Positions 29,833 through 38,350 are shown, numbered from the stretch's first letter. The stretch is 44,532 nt of DNA from Desulfurococcaceae archaeon (GCA_020832985.1 JAJHRE010000004.1:1-44532); one strand, 5' to 3'. Notes: generated from the letters alone by a model not told the origin. Numbers and translations are program-made.

Positions 29833-30963
29833 ATGAGTTCTAATAACGTATACTTAATTGCTTCATCTATGGTTAGGGTTGGTAGGTACTTCAGTAAGTC
29901 TTATAAGGATTTAGTAGTTGATGTAGTTAATGAGTTGTTCTCGTCAGTAGGTAGTATCGATATAGACTACTTAATAATTTCAAACGTATTTAGTGATTCA
30001 ATACTTGAGCAACTAGATATCTCTACCATACTAACTCAGGAACTAGGACTAACGCCTAAGCCTGCATTAAGGGTTGAGACTGGAGAATCCAGCGGTTTAA
30101 CAGCTATTACTCAAGGGTACTCACTAATTAAGTCCGGGATCGCTGATACAGTTCTTGTAGTAGGGGTTGAGAAGTGTAGTGAGTTCCCAACACCAACAAT
30201 GAATAAACACTTCATTAAATTCTCAGATTATGAGGTAGAATCTATTTACGGGTTATCAGTAGTTAATGAGGCTGCATTACTTATGAAGATATACATGAGG
30301 AGATACGGGTATAGTAGGGAGGACTTAAGTAGTTGGTCTGTGAAGATGCATTCAAACGCTCTTAAGAACCCATACGCTCAGTTAAGATTCTTGATAAGTA
30401 AAGAACAGGTAGTTAGGAGTCAGGTAATTTCAGACCCTATAAGACTACTTGATATGTACCCAGTAGGTGATGGTGCTTCAGCAGTCCTCCTAAGTAGTAA
30501 GGAGGGTATCGTTAATAATGAGGCGTTAGAGGTAGTTGATATTGCTCAAGCGACGTCACAACCACTTAACTTAAGGGAAGACCTTCTATCCCTACCAGCT
30601 ACTAAGATAGTATTTAATAAGTTATTGAGTAGGTCTAAGTTAGACCTTAATGACTTAGTAATTGAGGTTCATGACTCCTTCAGTATCTTAGGTTATTTAA
30701 TACTTGAGGAGCTTGGATTAGTTGAGAAGGGTAAAGCACCATCAATTATAGATGATCTAGATAACGTTAACTTAAGTGGTGGGTTGAAAGCTAGGGGTCA
30801 TCCAATAGGTGCTACAGGGGTTTACCAAGTAGCTGAGGTATTTAAGATAATGACTACTGGGTTAGGGGATATTAAGAGGGATAGTTGTTGGGGTTTAATA
30901 CATAGTATGTCAGCAGTAGATAATAACTCTGTAGGTATTCTTGTAAGGAGGTGTAGTTGTTGA
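29833..30963 (+). CDS. Acetoacetyl-CoA thiolase-family protein (catalytic Cys residues replaced)
   Basis: VVGVEK, NPYAQ, DGASA, GGLKARGHPIGATG; VETGESSG and EVHDSF stand in place of CxSG and HDCF. Confidence 0.88.
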   Translation: MSSNNVYLIASSMVRVGRYFSKSYKDLVVDVVNELFSSVGSIDIDYLIISNVFSDSILEQLDISTILTQELGLTPKPALRVETGESSGLTAITQGYSLIKSGIADTVLVVGVEKCSEFPTPTMNKHFIKFSDYEVESIYGLSVVNEAALLMKIYMRRYGYSREDLSSWSVKMHSNALKNPYAQLRFLISKEQVVRSQVISDPIRLLDMYPVGDGASAVLLSSKEGIVNNEALEVVDIAQATSQPLNLREDLLSLPATKIVFNKLLSRSKLDLNDLVIEVHDSFSILGYLILEELGLVEKGKAPSIIDDLDNVNLSGGLKARGHPIGATGVYQVAEVFKIMTTGLGDIKRDSCWGLIHSMSAVDNNSVGILVRRCSC

Positions 30964-31361
30964 GGCTTTCAATACCTAGGTTTTGGAGGAAGAGGTTTGA
31001 CTACTACTCAGTAAGGATTAGTGAGTGTTTAGATTGTGGTAGGAAGTTCTACCCTAGGAGGAGTATATGTCCTTACTGTAGGTCACGTAATGTTAAGGTA
31101 GTAACTTCTAGAGGTGTTGGTGAGGTATTAACCTACACTGTAAGCTACTATAGATTAGAAGGTTATGAAGAAGTCATACCTAAGGTTATAGCGTTGATAA
31201 AATTAGTTGAAGGTCCTGTATTAATTGGTGAGTTAGTTGATGTTGATATCTCTGAAGTTAGGGAGGGTTTGAAGGTTGAGGCAGTTCTAAGGAGGTTAAA
31301 ATCTGAAGACCCTGCAGGACTGATTTATTACGGGATAAAGTTCAGACCTATAGTAGGTTAG
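30957..31361 (+). CDS. DUF35 Zn-ribbon/OB-fold protein (thiolase/HMGS partner)
   Basis: CLDCG...CPYC, GLIYYGIKFRP; operon context. Confidence 0.92.
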   Translation: MLRLSIPRFWRKRFDYYSVRISECLDCGRKFYPRRSICPYCRSRNVKVVTSRGVGEVLTYTVSYYRLEGYEEVIPKVIALIKLVEGPVLIGELVDVDISEVREGLKVEAVLRRLKSEDPAGLIYYGIKFRPIVG

Positions 31362-31363
31362 GG

Positions 31364-32002
31364 TTATCTAATCCTGAATATACTCCCTAACTGCCTCGTA
31401 AACACTTTTAAACCTTCTGAAAAACCTTTAGAAGTTAACGCATCTAAAACTGCAGACCAATCAACTTTAATTACTATATATGATAACACTATAGTTAGTA
31501 CTACATATATAGGTATTAACATTGTAAATTCAACTGCTACTTCCTTAATAGTATGTACGTAGAAAACTACTGCTGAGGTCATGACCACCTTACCGCTAAG
31601 TACTGCTATAAAGTACTTAATAATGCTGTATCTGGCTATACCAACCGGTATATAGAGTATATCGTCAGGTAGTGGTAATGATGCGAAGAGGAATATAGCT
31701 AAGAATAAACTCTTACCAGCAATCCTGTTAAAAACCTCTAAATTCTTTAAAGTCTTCTCTGAAAAACCTAATCTAACAATACCTCCTATAAAGTATATCA
31801 CTAACTTACCTAAGGTCGCCCCTAACGCTGAAGCAAATGAAATCACTAACTTATTAGTTAAGTCTTGAATGAATAGAGAGTAAGTCATAATCACTGCTAA
31901 GTATGGTATAGCTACAAAAGGTATGGAATTAGCTATGAAGCTAATAATGAAAATACCTAAAACACTTAACGGCCACTCAAACAACCTCAATATATGAATC
32001 AC
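31364..32002 (-). CDS. DedA/VTT (SNARE-associated) membrane protein
   Basis: GATLGKLVIY, FASLPLPDDILYIPVG, GK. Confidence 0.85.
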   Translation of the reverse strand: MIHILRLFEWPLSVLGIFIISFIANSIPFVAIPYLAVIMTYSLFIQDLTNKLVISFASALGATLGKLVIYFIGGIVRLGFSEKTLKNLEVFNRIAGKSLFLAIFLFASLPLPDDILYIPVGIARYSIIKYFIAVLSGKVVMTSAVVFYVHTIKEVAVEFTMLIPIYVVLTIVLSYIVIKVDWSAVLDALTSKGFSEGLKVFTRQLGSIFRIR

Positions 32003-32087
32003 TTTAACACCTCAATCAATATTAGGTAATTAGTTAATAAGTTAGTGGTGTTGGGGGATTACTAGGCTAAAGTACTTAGGTGAAGAG

Positions 32088-32594
32088 GTGATTAAGTGTT
32101 TAAACTGTGGTGAGTTAAGTTTTAAAGTAGTCTTTTATATTTACGAAGCACCACTAGTTGGTGAGGTATTAATAGAACATGGTTACTGTACATTATGTGA
32201 TTTTAGGAGGTCTGATGTATCGGTAATTAATTCTGGGAAGCCTAAGATTATAAAGATTAAAGTTAAATCAGTTGATGACCTAAAAATAATAGTTATTAAA
32301 TCTTCAAGTAGTTCTATAGAGATTCCCGAACTAGGTATAGAGATTAATCCTGGGATTGCAGCACCAGGTTATATAACAACCGTAGAAGGTATTTTAGAGA
32401 GGGTTCTAGATATTATACCATCAGATTGTGAATTAAGGAAGGAATGCTTAGATGAGGTTAACCTCATCAAGAACGCTATGAACGGATTAATAGAGTTTAC
32501 ATTAGTAATTAAAGATCCTCTAGGTAGGAGTGCGGTAATATATGAGGAAGGTAAAAATAATGTAATTATTGAAGAATATAGAGAATCACTGTAG
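32088..32594 (+). CDS. ZPR1 zinc-finger domain protein (start possibly ATT at 32058)
   Basis: CLNCG, CTLCD, IPELGIEINPG, ITTVEG, DPLGRS. Confidence 0.92.
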   Translation: MIKCLNCGELSFKVVFYIYEAPLVGEVLIEHGYCTLCDFRRSDVSVINSGKPKIIKIKVKSVDDLKIIVIKSSSSSIEIPELGIEINPGIAAPGYITTVEGILERVLDIIPSDCELRKECLDEVNLIKNAMNGLIEFTLVIKDPLGRSAVIYEEGKNNVIIEEYRESL

Positions 32595-32777
32595 GTAATA
32601 ACAGCCCATACATGATTACTGTCGAGTATTTATCAGTTGGTACGAGTACATACTGCTTAACCCTGATAAGCAGGTATAAATATAAGTGATAAGCTAGTAA
32701 TAGGAGTAAGTCTATGATGTTAAAAACTTTAAATTGTTGGGCTCTTGGGTTAATATCTTTATATGGAGTATAATCTT

Positions 32778-33281
32778 CTAATCTATTTTAACCTCAACAC
32801 CGCCTCCTTTCTTCTCATGCTTCTCTATAACTACCTCTAAAACACCATTCCTATAGGTTGCTTTAGCAGTTTCAGGTTTTACTCTAGCGGGTAGTTTAAC
32901 CTCTTTATAGTATTTCCTATTCGCGTTACTACCCTTAATTATTAAGGTGTCTTCAGTAGCTCTAACATTTATCTTCTCTTTCTCAACACCGGGCATCTCA
33001 GCTACTACCTTAACTTTATCATCCTCCTCAATAACATCGACTAGAGGCTCCATCTCCTCAACTATCCTAGGCTTAATCCCTACCCTCTTAACATTACCGA
33101 ATTCCTCAATCTTAGGCTTACCATCAGGACCTATAGTTATTCTAAACCCGTATACGTAAGGTCTAACCCGTCCATACTCACCACTAAAAGATTTCATTAT
33201 ATCTTCGAACTCTTCCTCAAACTCCCTCACGAGCTCATCAAATATATCAAAGATACTCCTTCTCCTTCTTCTCTCACCCAT
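32778..33281 (-). CDS. hsp20: Archaeal small heat-shock protein Hsp20
   Basis: PYVYGFRITIGPDGKPKIEEFGN, EPLVDV, AEMPGVEK, YRNGVLEV; ATG at 33281 preferred over track TTG at 33293. Confidence 0.95.
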   Translation of the reverse strand: MGERRRRRSIFDIFDELVREFEEEFEDIMKSFSGEYGRVRPYVYGFRITIGPDGKPKIEEFGNVKRVGIKPRIVEEMEPLVDVIEEDDKVKVVAEMPGVEKEKINVRATEDTLIIKGSNANRKYYKEVKLPARVKPETAKATYRNGVLEVVIEKHEKKGGGVEVKID

Positions 33282-33330
33282 ACATAATCCCAAATTAAGT
33301 AGTGATAGTGATTTAATAAGTTTTACAACT

Positions 33331-33364
33331 GAAAGCCCGTTCTTTAGGGTGGAGAGGAGGTCAG
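33331..33364 (+). mobile_element. Isolated IS200/IS605-type right-end palindrome
   Basis: GAAAGCCCGTTCTTTAGGGTGGAGAGGAGGTCAG resembles the recalled crenarchaeal IS605 end GAAGCCCCGCCCTTTAGGGCGGGGAGGAGGTCA. Confidence 0.65.
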
Positions 33365-33378
33365 ATTTTATTATGAAG

Positions 33379-33636
33379 TTAGTAGTAGGATGCGAATACT
33401 ACCATGTCTACTTCCTTAGCTGATGTCTTCACTACATCAACTATGTCGGGGTCTACGTACGATACCTTAATGATGTTTTCTATACGTTCTAAATCTAAAC
33501 ACTCTAGGTTTATGGTGTGTAAGGTCTTAGACTTCTCATCAATATAGCATTTCTTAATGATGTCATATATGAATGTGTACTGAGTTCTAACTCTAGGGCC
33601 TAAAGGTGTGGAAAGATGTGAAAACCACATCCTCAA
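33379..33636 (-). CDS. Hypothetical protein or gene fragment
   Basis: 85-aa ORF filling the gap; no recognised motif. Confidence 0.3.
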   Translation of the reverse strand: MRMWFSHLSTPLGPRVRTQYTFIYDIIKKCYIDEKSKTLHTINLECLDLERIENIIKVSYVDPDIVDVVKTSAKEVDMVVFASYY

Positions 33637-33674
33637 ACCCTATAGAGTTGGTAAGAGGTGGTTAAAAACCTTAA

Positions 33675-34067
33675 GTGTGGACGTCATTAGTGTTAGAATT
33701 TTTATTAAATCTACATAGTATTTTAATGAATGGTGTGGTTATGGCTGTTGACGTCTATATAGTTTTTAGGCATGGGAATGTATTAGGTGATGAGATCTTA
33801 AGAAGGTTTTGGGATGCAGCTATAAAGGTATTTAAGGAGTATGGTATTGAGGTTTATATCATGCCGTTACTAACTAATGAGAAGGATAAGGGGGTCTCAG
33901 TGATTATTAACGGTTTTGAGGTAAGCCTTAATAGTTTAGTAACTGTTGATGAAGCTGTTGATTTAATACTGACATACTCAACAGTTGAAGGTGATGTAAG
34001 TCCTGCATATGCTTTAGGGATATATATTGATAGGGATGATTCACTAGACAACGTTGTTACTATCTAA
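33675..34067 (+). CDS. Hypothetical protein (real start probably ATG at 33741)
   Basis: ORF with host-like codon usage; no motif recognised. Confidence 0.55.
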   Translation: MWTSLVLEFLLNLHSILMNGVVMAVDVYIVFRHGNVLGDEILRRFWDAAIKVFKEYGIEVYIMPLLTNEKDKGVSVIINGFEVSLNSLVTVDEAVDLILTYSTVEGDVSPAYALGIYIDRDDSLDNVVTI

Positions 34068-35012
34068 TAACTCCTTAATACTTAACTCCCTCCAAATACC
34101 TAAACGTCCTTTAAGTACTACACCGGCATCCTTTAAACTACCTAAGTAATATTCTAAATCTTCATCAACCCTCCCTAATAACCCGTACTTCTCATGAATT
34201 ACTTTATAACTAATTAACTCTACATTAAACATCCCTAACTTATTAACATCTAATAATAATCGATTCACGTACTCACCCTTAAAACTAATGTAGGGCCTCC
34301 TAATAGACGTTATCGAGTAAACTATTGCGTAATTCGTTAATTCCTTCATAAAGTATCTTAACGGAATCACAACTATAGTATGTGGGATTAAGTTCTTCTT
34401 ACCTACGTAAACAACTGTGTAGTTATCTACATTACATCGTGTTAATGCTATATTAATTAGCAAACCTACATAGTCCAACTTAGATATTAAACCCTCCTTA
34501 ATATCTGATGGTAAGTCCGTCTTGTTTATAAAGTATGGTAGTGGTAATGTATTCACTAAAGTACCGTAATGTAGGACCCCATATCTAAGAAGTTTTAACT
34601 CTTTATCCCTTAACTTAATAGTGCTAATCACGTCGTAGTTTCTTTTAACACCTACTAAAGACTTTAAACTTCTATATATACTACAGAAGAATTTCCTAGG
34701 TATGATACCTCCTTGAGATAGTTCCTGAAACCAGTTCCTCTGTAGTTCTACACCCATAGATACCTTGCTATCGTAGGTAGTCTCACTACCTATGTATATG
34801 GTATCTGGTTTAAAGTATACTGTATTATCTGTGGTAATACTCTCCTTAACCAACATAGGGATTTTATCAACTTCTAAATTACTTACCCTAATACCACTTA
34901 GTAAACTCCCATCACTCCATATATCAACTATTATCGTCTCATCAACTGTTAATTTCCTTGAGATAGAGGCTAGTGTTGATAAGCTCTCACCTAAGTATAC
35001 TACATCTATCAT
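34044..35012 (-). CDS. Degenerate FAD-dependent oxidoreductase-like protein
   Basis: YGTLVNTLPLP and C-terminal GRLGIW resemble protoporphyrinogen-oxidase/UDP-galactopyranose-mutase-like proteins; GxGxxG is eroded (VVYLGESLS). Confidence 0.5.
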   Translation of the reverse strand: MIDVVYLGESLSTLASISRKLTVDETIIVDIWSDGSLLSGIRVSNLEVDKIPMLVKESITTDNTVYFKPDTIYIGSETTYDSKVSMGVELQRNWFQELSQGGIIPRKFFCSIYRSLKSLVGVKRNYDVISTIKLRDKELKLLRYGVLHYGTLVNTLPLPYFINKTDLPSDIKEGLISKLDYVGLLINIALTRCNVDNYTVVYVGKKNLIPHTIVVIPLRYFMKELTNYAIVYSITSIRRPYISFKGEYVNRLLLDVNKLGMFNVELISYKVIHEKYGLLGRVDEDLEYYLGSLKDAGVVLKGRLGIWRELSIKELLDSNNVV

Positions 35013-35311
35013 TCTTCCTCTTCTCCTTCCTCTTCAACCTCTTCAGCTTCTTCGTACTTCTCTACTTTGAATTTAAACTTCTTAAGATATTTATGACTTC
35101 TTAAATGATATACTAAATCTCTAGATGTGAAGAATGTGAGGAGGTTTTCCCTCACTTTAGAAGTTTGCCTACCCTCAGGGCAAAACTCATCAATGTTCTC
35201 ACATATAGGGCATAAGATTAACTTAGTGACCTCATCTACACAAGTAATTACCTCAATACCATCAACTATTAACTTCTTCCTAACCCATCTAGGCTCCCAG
35301 AATAAAGACAA
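35009..35311 (-). CDS. Zinc-finger-like protein with acidic tail
   Basis: CPIC...FFTSRDLVYHLRSH (C2H2-like with insertion); poly-Glu C-terminus. Confidence 0.65.
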   Translation of the reverse strand: MSLFWEPRWVRKKLIVDGIEVITCVDEVTKLILCPICENIDEFCPEGRQTSKVRENLLTFFTSRDLVYHLRSHKYLKKFKFKVEKYEEAEEVEEEGEEEE

Positions 35312-35354
35312 TAGATAATCACCATATAGACCTAACTAAAATTTAAACATCCTA

Positions 35355-35564
35355 CTATAATACCTGACCGTACCTACCGTCCTTCTCTAACTGATTAATT
35401 TTATACATAATTGCATTCCTAATAAACTCACTCCTACTCCTAAATTTATAATGCTTTATTAGATAATCAATCTTCGCTAATGTATTACAGTCAAGCTTTA
35501 TTGATAAAGTCCTTGAAGGACCTTGAATCTTATCAAATAATAAGCTCTCATTCATAACATACAC
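35355..35564 (-). CDS. Ribbon-helix-helix (CopG/NikR-like) transcription regulator
   Basis: TLSIKLDCNTLAKID...FRSRSEFIRNAI. Confidence 0.85.
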   Translation of the reverse strand: MYVMNESLLFDKIQGPSRTLSIKLDCNTLAKIDYLIKHYKFRSRSEFIRNAIMYKINQLEKDGRYGQVL

Positions 35565-35806
35565 CTACGTTAAAGCAGTGACAATAAAGTTAATAACTCT
35601 TACTCTCTAGTAATTCCTAAATGATTAACCATTTATATCTACAATTAGTAGGGATAAGTGAATTACTTGAGGAGTTAATTAAGCATTAAGACTCATCAAT
35701 TATTAAAGACAGTACCTAAGAAGTACTATACACAATCACTAAGTTTGATAGACCTCGTCTTAATAAGTAGTACCTTTTTTATGTATTTTTATTTGTAGGG
35801 TTTTAA

Positions 35807-36229
35807 GTGGGTACTATGGAGGAAGCTATTACCGCTATCGTTAGGTATTTAGTCATTAAGAAGTTGATTAATGATGTAGTAGCATTAGTAGCTATTAAGG
35901 AGTATTTAATTGATGGTGAGTCTCCAAGCGTTATAGCGTTTAAGTATAGGACTAGTAAGTTCAAGGTTCGAGGACATATCCAGAGAGTTATAGATAAGGC
36001 AGGGAATTATAGAGTAGCTACTAAGGTTGTTGAGGTAGTATATCCCCATATAGCGTCTATAGAGCCTGTGATGTTAAGGAGTGGTGGTAGGGTGTTATGT
36101 ATGTTATGTAATACTTATCTAAGAGCTTCTGATGCAGAGTCGCATCTTAGGAAGAAGCATAAGGAATTCATCAATAATATAATCCGTAACATTACCAACA
36201 TAGTAATCTCCAGAGTTAGAAACCCTTAA
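35807..36229 (+). CDS. Putative DNA-binding protein with HTH-like N-terminus and C2H2 zinc finger
   Basis: GESPSVIAFKYRTSKFKVRG HTH-like; CMLC...HLRKKH. Confidence 0.7.
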   Translation: MGTMEEAITAIVRYLVIKKLINDVVALVAIKEYLIDGESPSVIAFKYRTSKFKVRGHIQRVIDKAGNYRVATKVVEVVYPHIASIEPVMLRSGGRVLCMLCNTYLRASDAESHLRKKHKEFINNIIRNITNIVISRVRNP

Positions 36230-36238
36230 GGCTGTTAC

Positions 36239-36321
36239 CTTTCAGTTCTATTTTAGATATTCTACACCTTACATCTTCTATTAGAGATTTAGGTATTTAT
36301 TCAGTTCTATCATTTTAATTT
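36239..36321 (-). CRISPR. Orphan mini-CRISPR-like unit: one intact 24-nt repeat, 35-nt spacer, one degenerate repeat
   Basis: Repeat 36239-36262 reads GAATATCTAAAATAGAACTGAAAG on the minus strand (crenarchaeal ...ATAGAA(T/C)TGAAAG type); the partial copy at 36298-36321 shares TTCAGTTCTAT. Confidence 0.6.
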
Positions 36322-36504
36322 TTCTTAATCTGATTTTTAAATTTTTGTTGTCATGCATTTCATTAATGTGATTTACTTGGTGGTTTTCTTGAAGAGCCAC
36401 ACTGTTAATAAGAGTAGCTTTACGTCCTCGTTAGATGTATTAAAACCTGCCGTGATAGTTACATAGCTTATTTTTAGCCTACAACTAGGGTACATACCCA
36501 AATG

Positions 36505-36512
36505 TTTATAAA
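36505..36512 (+). promoter_or_regulatory. TATA box for the downstream structured RNA
   Basis: TTTATAAA about 25 nt upstream of the GC-rich structured segment. Confidence 0.55.
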
Positions 36513-36535
36513 CACGCTAGGCAGCAATAACTACA

Positions 36536-36742
36536 TGGTTGGTGCTGAGTCCCAAGACCTGTGGCTGAACCGCAGTGCGTGGCTTAGCACTGTGCCGTGA
36601 TGAACTCGAGGGTGGTCTTGAAAACTCTGAAACACCATAAACAACCACTCTTGGGTGAACGGCTTATGTAGCATGGGTGGAGCTAACGAATCCGTAGTGA
36701 GGCTCAACTAACAGAAACACGAGTACCGTTATCGGGGAATGC
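36536..36742 (+). ncRNA. Unassigned ~200-nt structured RNA with C/D-type K-turn motifs
   Basis: GC-enriched non-coding island; GTGCTGA, CTGA, GTGATGA, CTGA boxes; several complementary helices; ACA at 36711. Confidence 0.6.
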
Positions 36743-36796
36743 TTAATTTATAAGCTTAATACTTGATTCTATATTATCGTTATAGGGGATTAAGTA

Positions 36797-38350
36797 ATAA
36801 GTGGTGCTGGACTCTTTAAAGAGTTAAACGTATTCGTACCTAAGGGTAATCCGTCAGTTAAGATAGCCTTAGTGTACCCAAGTACTTATCAAGCATCGAT
36901 AACTAACTTATTCACCCATATAGCTTACTACTACTTAAACTCATATGATGATGTATTAGTTGATCGGTTTACTATGGATAACCCCATCAGCGGTTCTTTA
37001 ACATCCTTAAACTTAAGGAAATTCGATATAGTCTTAATGAGTTTAAGTTATGAATTCGACTATATCAACGCTATTAAAATCCTCTTACTAAATAATATAC
37101 CGGTAGTTAACGACCGTGGTAGGAGACCTATAATCATAGCTGGTGGTCCAGCAGTTTCTGCAAACCCCTTACCACTCTCTAAATTCTTCGACGGTATAGT
37201 TATAGGTGAGGGTGAGGAAGTTCTTAAGTTATTAATGGATTCTACAGGATTACTACATAGTAAGGACTTATTCCTAGAGAATTTAGCTAGTAAGGGTCTC
37301 TACATACCGTTACTTCATGATGGTAGTAAGATTAAGAAGTCTTATGTAGTTGATCTAGATAGTTCCTACTACCCAGAATATCAGATACAGTCGTTAATTA
37401 TTGAGCCAGTATTCGGCAGAGGGTACATCATGGAGATTTCTAGAGGATGTAAGCACTTATGTTCATTCTGTATGGAGGCATTTATATCATACCCGTATAG
37501 GGTGAGGAGTTATGAAAAGATAATGGAGAGTGTGGGTAAGGGTTTAGAAGTTAATAAGGTTGATAGAGTTGTATTCTACTCACTTTCATTCTTTGACCAT
37601 CACTCAGCAGATAGGATATTAGAAACACTCTTAGAAAGAGGTATAAGGTTTAGCATACCTTCAGTAAGAGCAGATACTCTAAATGAGTATAGGGTTGACT
37701 TGATAAGACGTGGAGGTCAGAAAACACTTACGTTAGCTCCGGAAACACATAGTGATAAGTTAAGATGTGTTATTAGGAAGTATATTAGTGATGAGTTAGT
37801 TTCTAGGTTAATAGATTACGGTATTAAGTTAGGTATGGAGGTTAAACTATATTATATGGTAGGTATACCATTCGAAGATGATGAGGATATAAACCAATTA
37901 GTTAAATTCCTTAGAGGCCTAATACCAATTCTAGATAAGAGTAGGTTTAGGAGGAGGGTTAGAGTAGTTATAAATCCATTAATACCTAAGGCGAACACAC
38001 CTATGCAGTTCTTCGGATTAATTAATAAGAAGGAGTATATGCATAGAGTTAGACTTATCAGGAAAGGACTTCCTGGCAGGTATTTCAGAGTTGAAGCATT
38101 AAGCCATAACTTAGCATATATGCAAGCAACTATGAGTTTAGGTGATGTGAAACTAGGTGATGTATTATTAAGATACGTTAGTGAAGCATATGTTAATGAG
38201 GAATTACATCTCTCAAGCTATAAATACCTACTTAAGTCCTTAGGTATTGATACTGATTACGTATTTAAACCTAGGAACCCATCAGAAATACTTCCTTGGG
38301 AATTCATAGATTTAGGTTTAAATATAAGGGGTTTTAACATCATTAAGTAG
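36797..38350 (+). CDS. B12-binding-domain radical SAM protein; probable ATA start at 36797 (track start 36872)
   Basis: KIALVYPSTY, IAGGPAVSANP, IGEGEE, EISRGCKHLCSFC, TLAPET, YYMVGIP, LPWEFI. Confidence 0.9.
   Translation: MSGAGLFKELNVFVPKGNPSVKIALVYPSTYQASITNLFTHIAYYYLNSYDDVLVDRFTMDNPISGSLTSLNLRKFDIVLMSLSYEFDYINAIKILLLNNIPVVNDRGRRPIIIAGGPAVSANPLPLSKFFDGIVIGEGEEVLKLLMDSTGLLHSKDLFLENLASKGLYIPLLHDGSKIKKSYVVDLDSSYYPEYQIQSLIIEPVFGRGYIMEISRGCKHLCSFCMEAFISYPYRVRSYEKIMESVGKGLEVNKVDRVVFYSLSFFDHHSADRILETLLERGIRFSIPSVRADTLNEYRVDLIRRGGQKTLTLAPETHSDKLRCVIRKYISDELVSRLIDYGIKLGMEVKLYYMVGIPFEDDEDINQLVKFLRGLIPILDKSRFRRRVRVVINPLIPKANTPMQFFGLINKKEYMHRVRLIRKGLPGRYFRVEALSHNLAYMQATMSLGDVKLGDVLLRYVSEAYVNEELHLSSYKYLLKSLGIDTDYVFKPRNPSEILPWEFIDLGLNIRGFNIIK

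Noticed and set aside
32620-32670. Possible C/D sRNA (ATGATTA…CTGA) between ZPR1 and hsp20
   Set aside because: No convincing D'/C' boxes or identifiable guide
35110-35142. Partial match of the mini-CRISPR spacer (CTAAATCTCTA) inside the Zn-finger gene
   Set aside because: An 11-nt match with gapped flanks is expected by chance in 44 kb of AT-rich DNA
36535-36600. 21-aa leaderless ORF MVGAESQDLWLNRSAWLSTVP
   Set aside because: Too short to support; box motifs and helices favour an RNA, though a peptide is not excluded
36536-36742. RNase P or SRP RNA identity for the structured RNA
   Set aside because: ACAGAAA and TGAAAC-like words occur in the wrong order, GAGGAAAGUCC and the SRP helix-8 motif are absent, and GC looks too low compared with the tRNA
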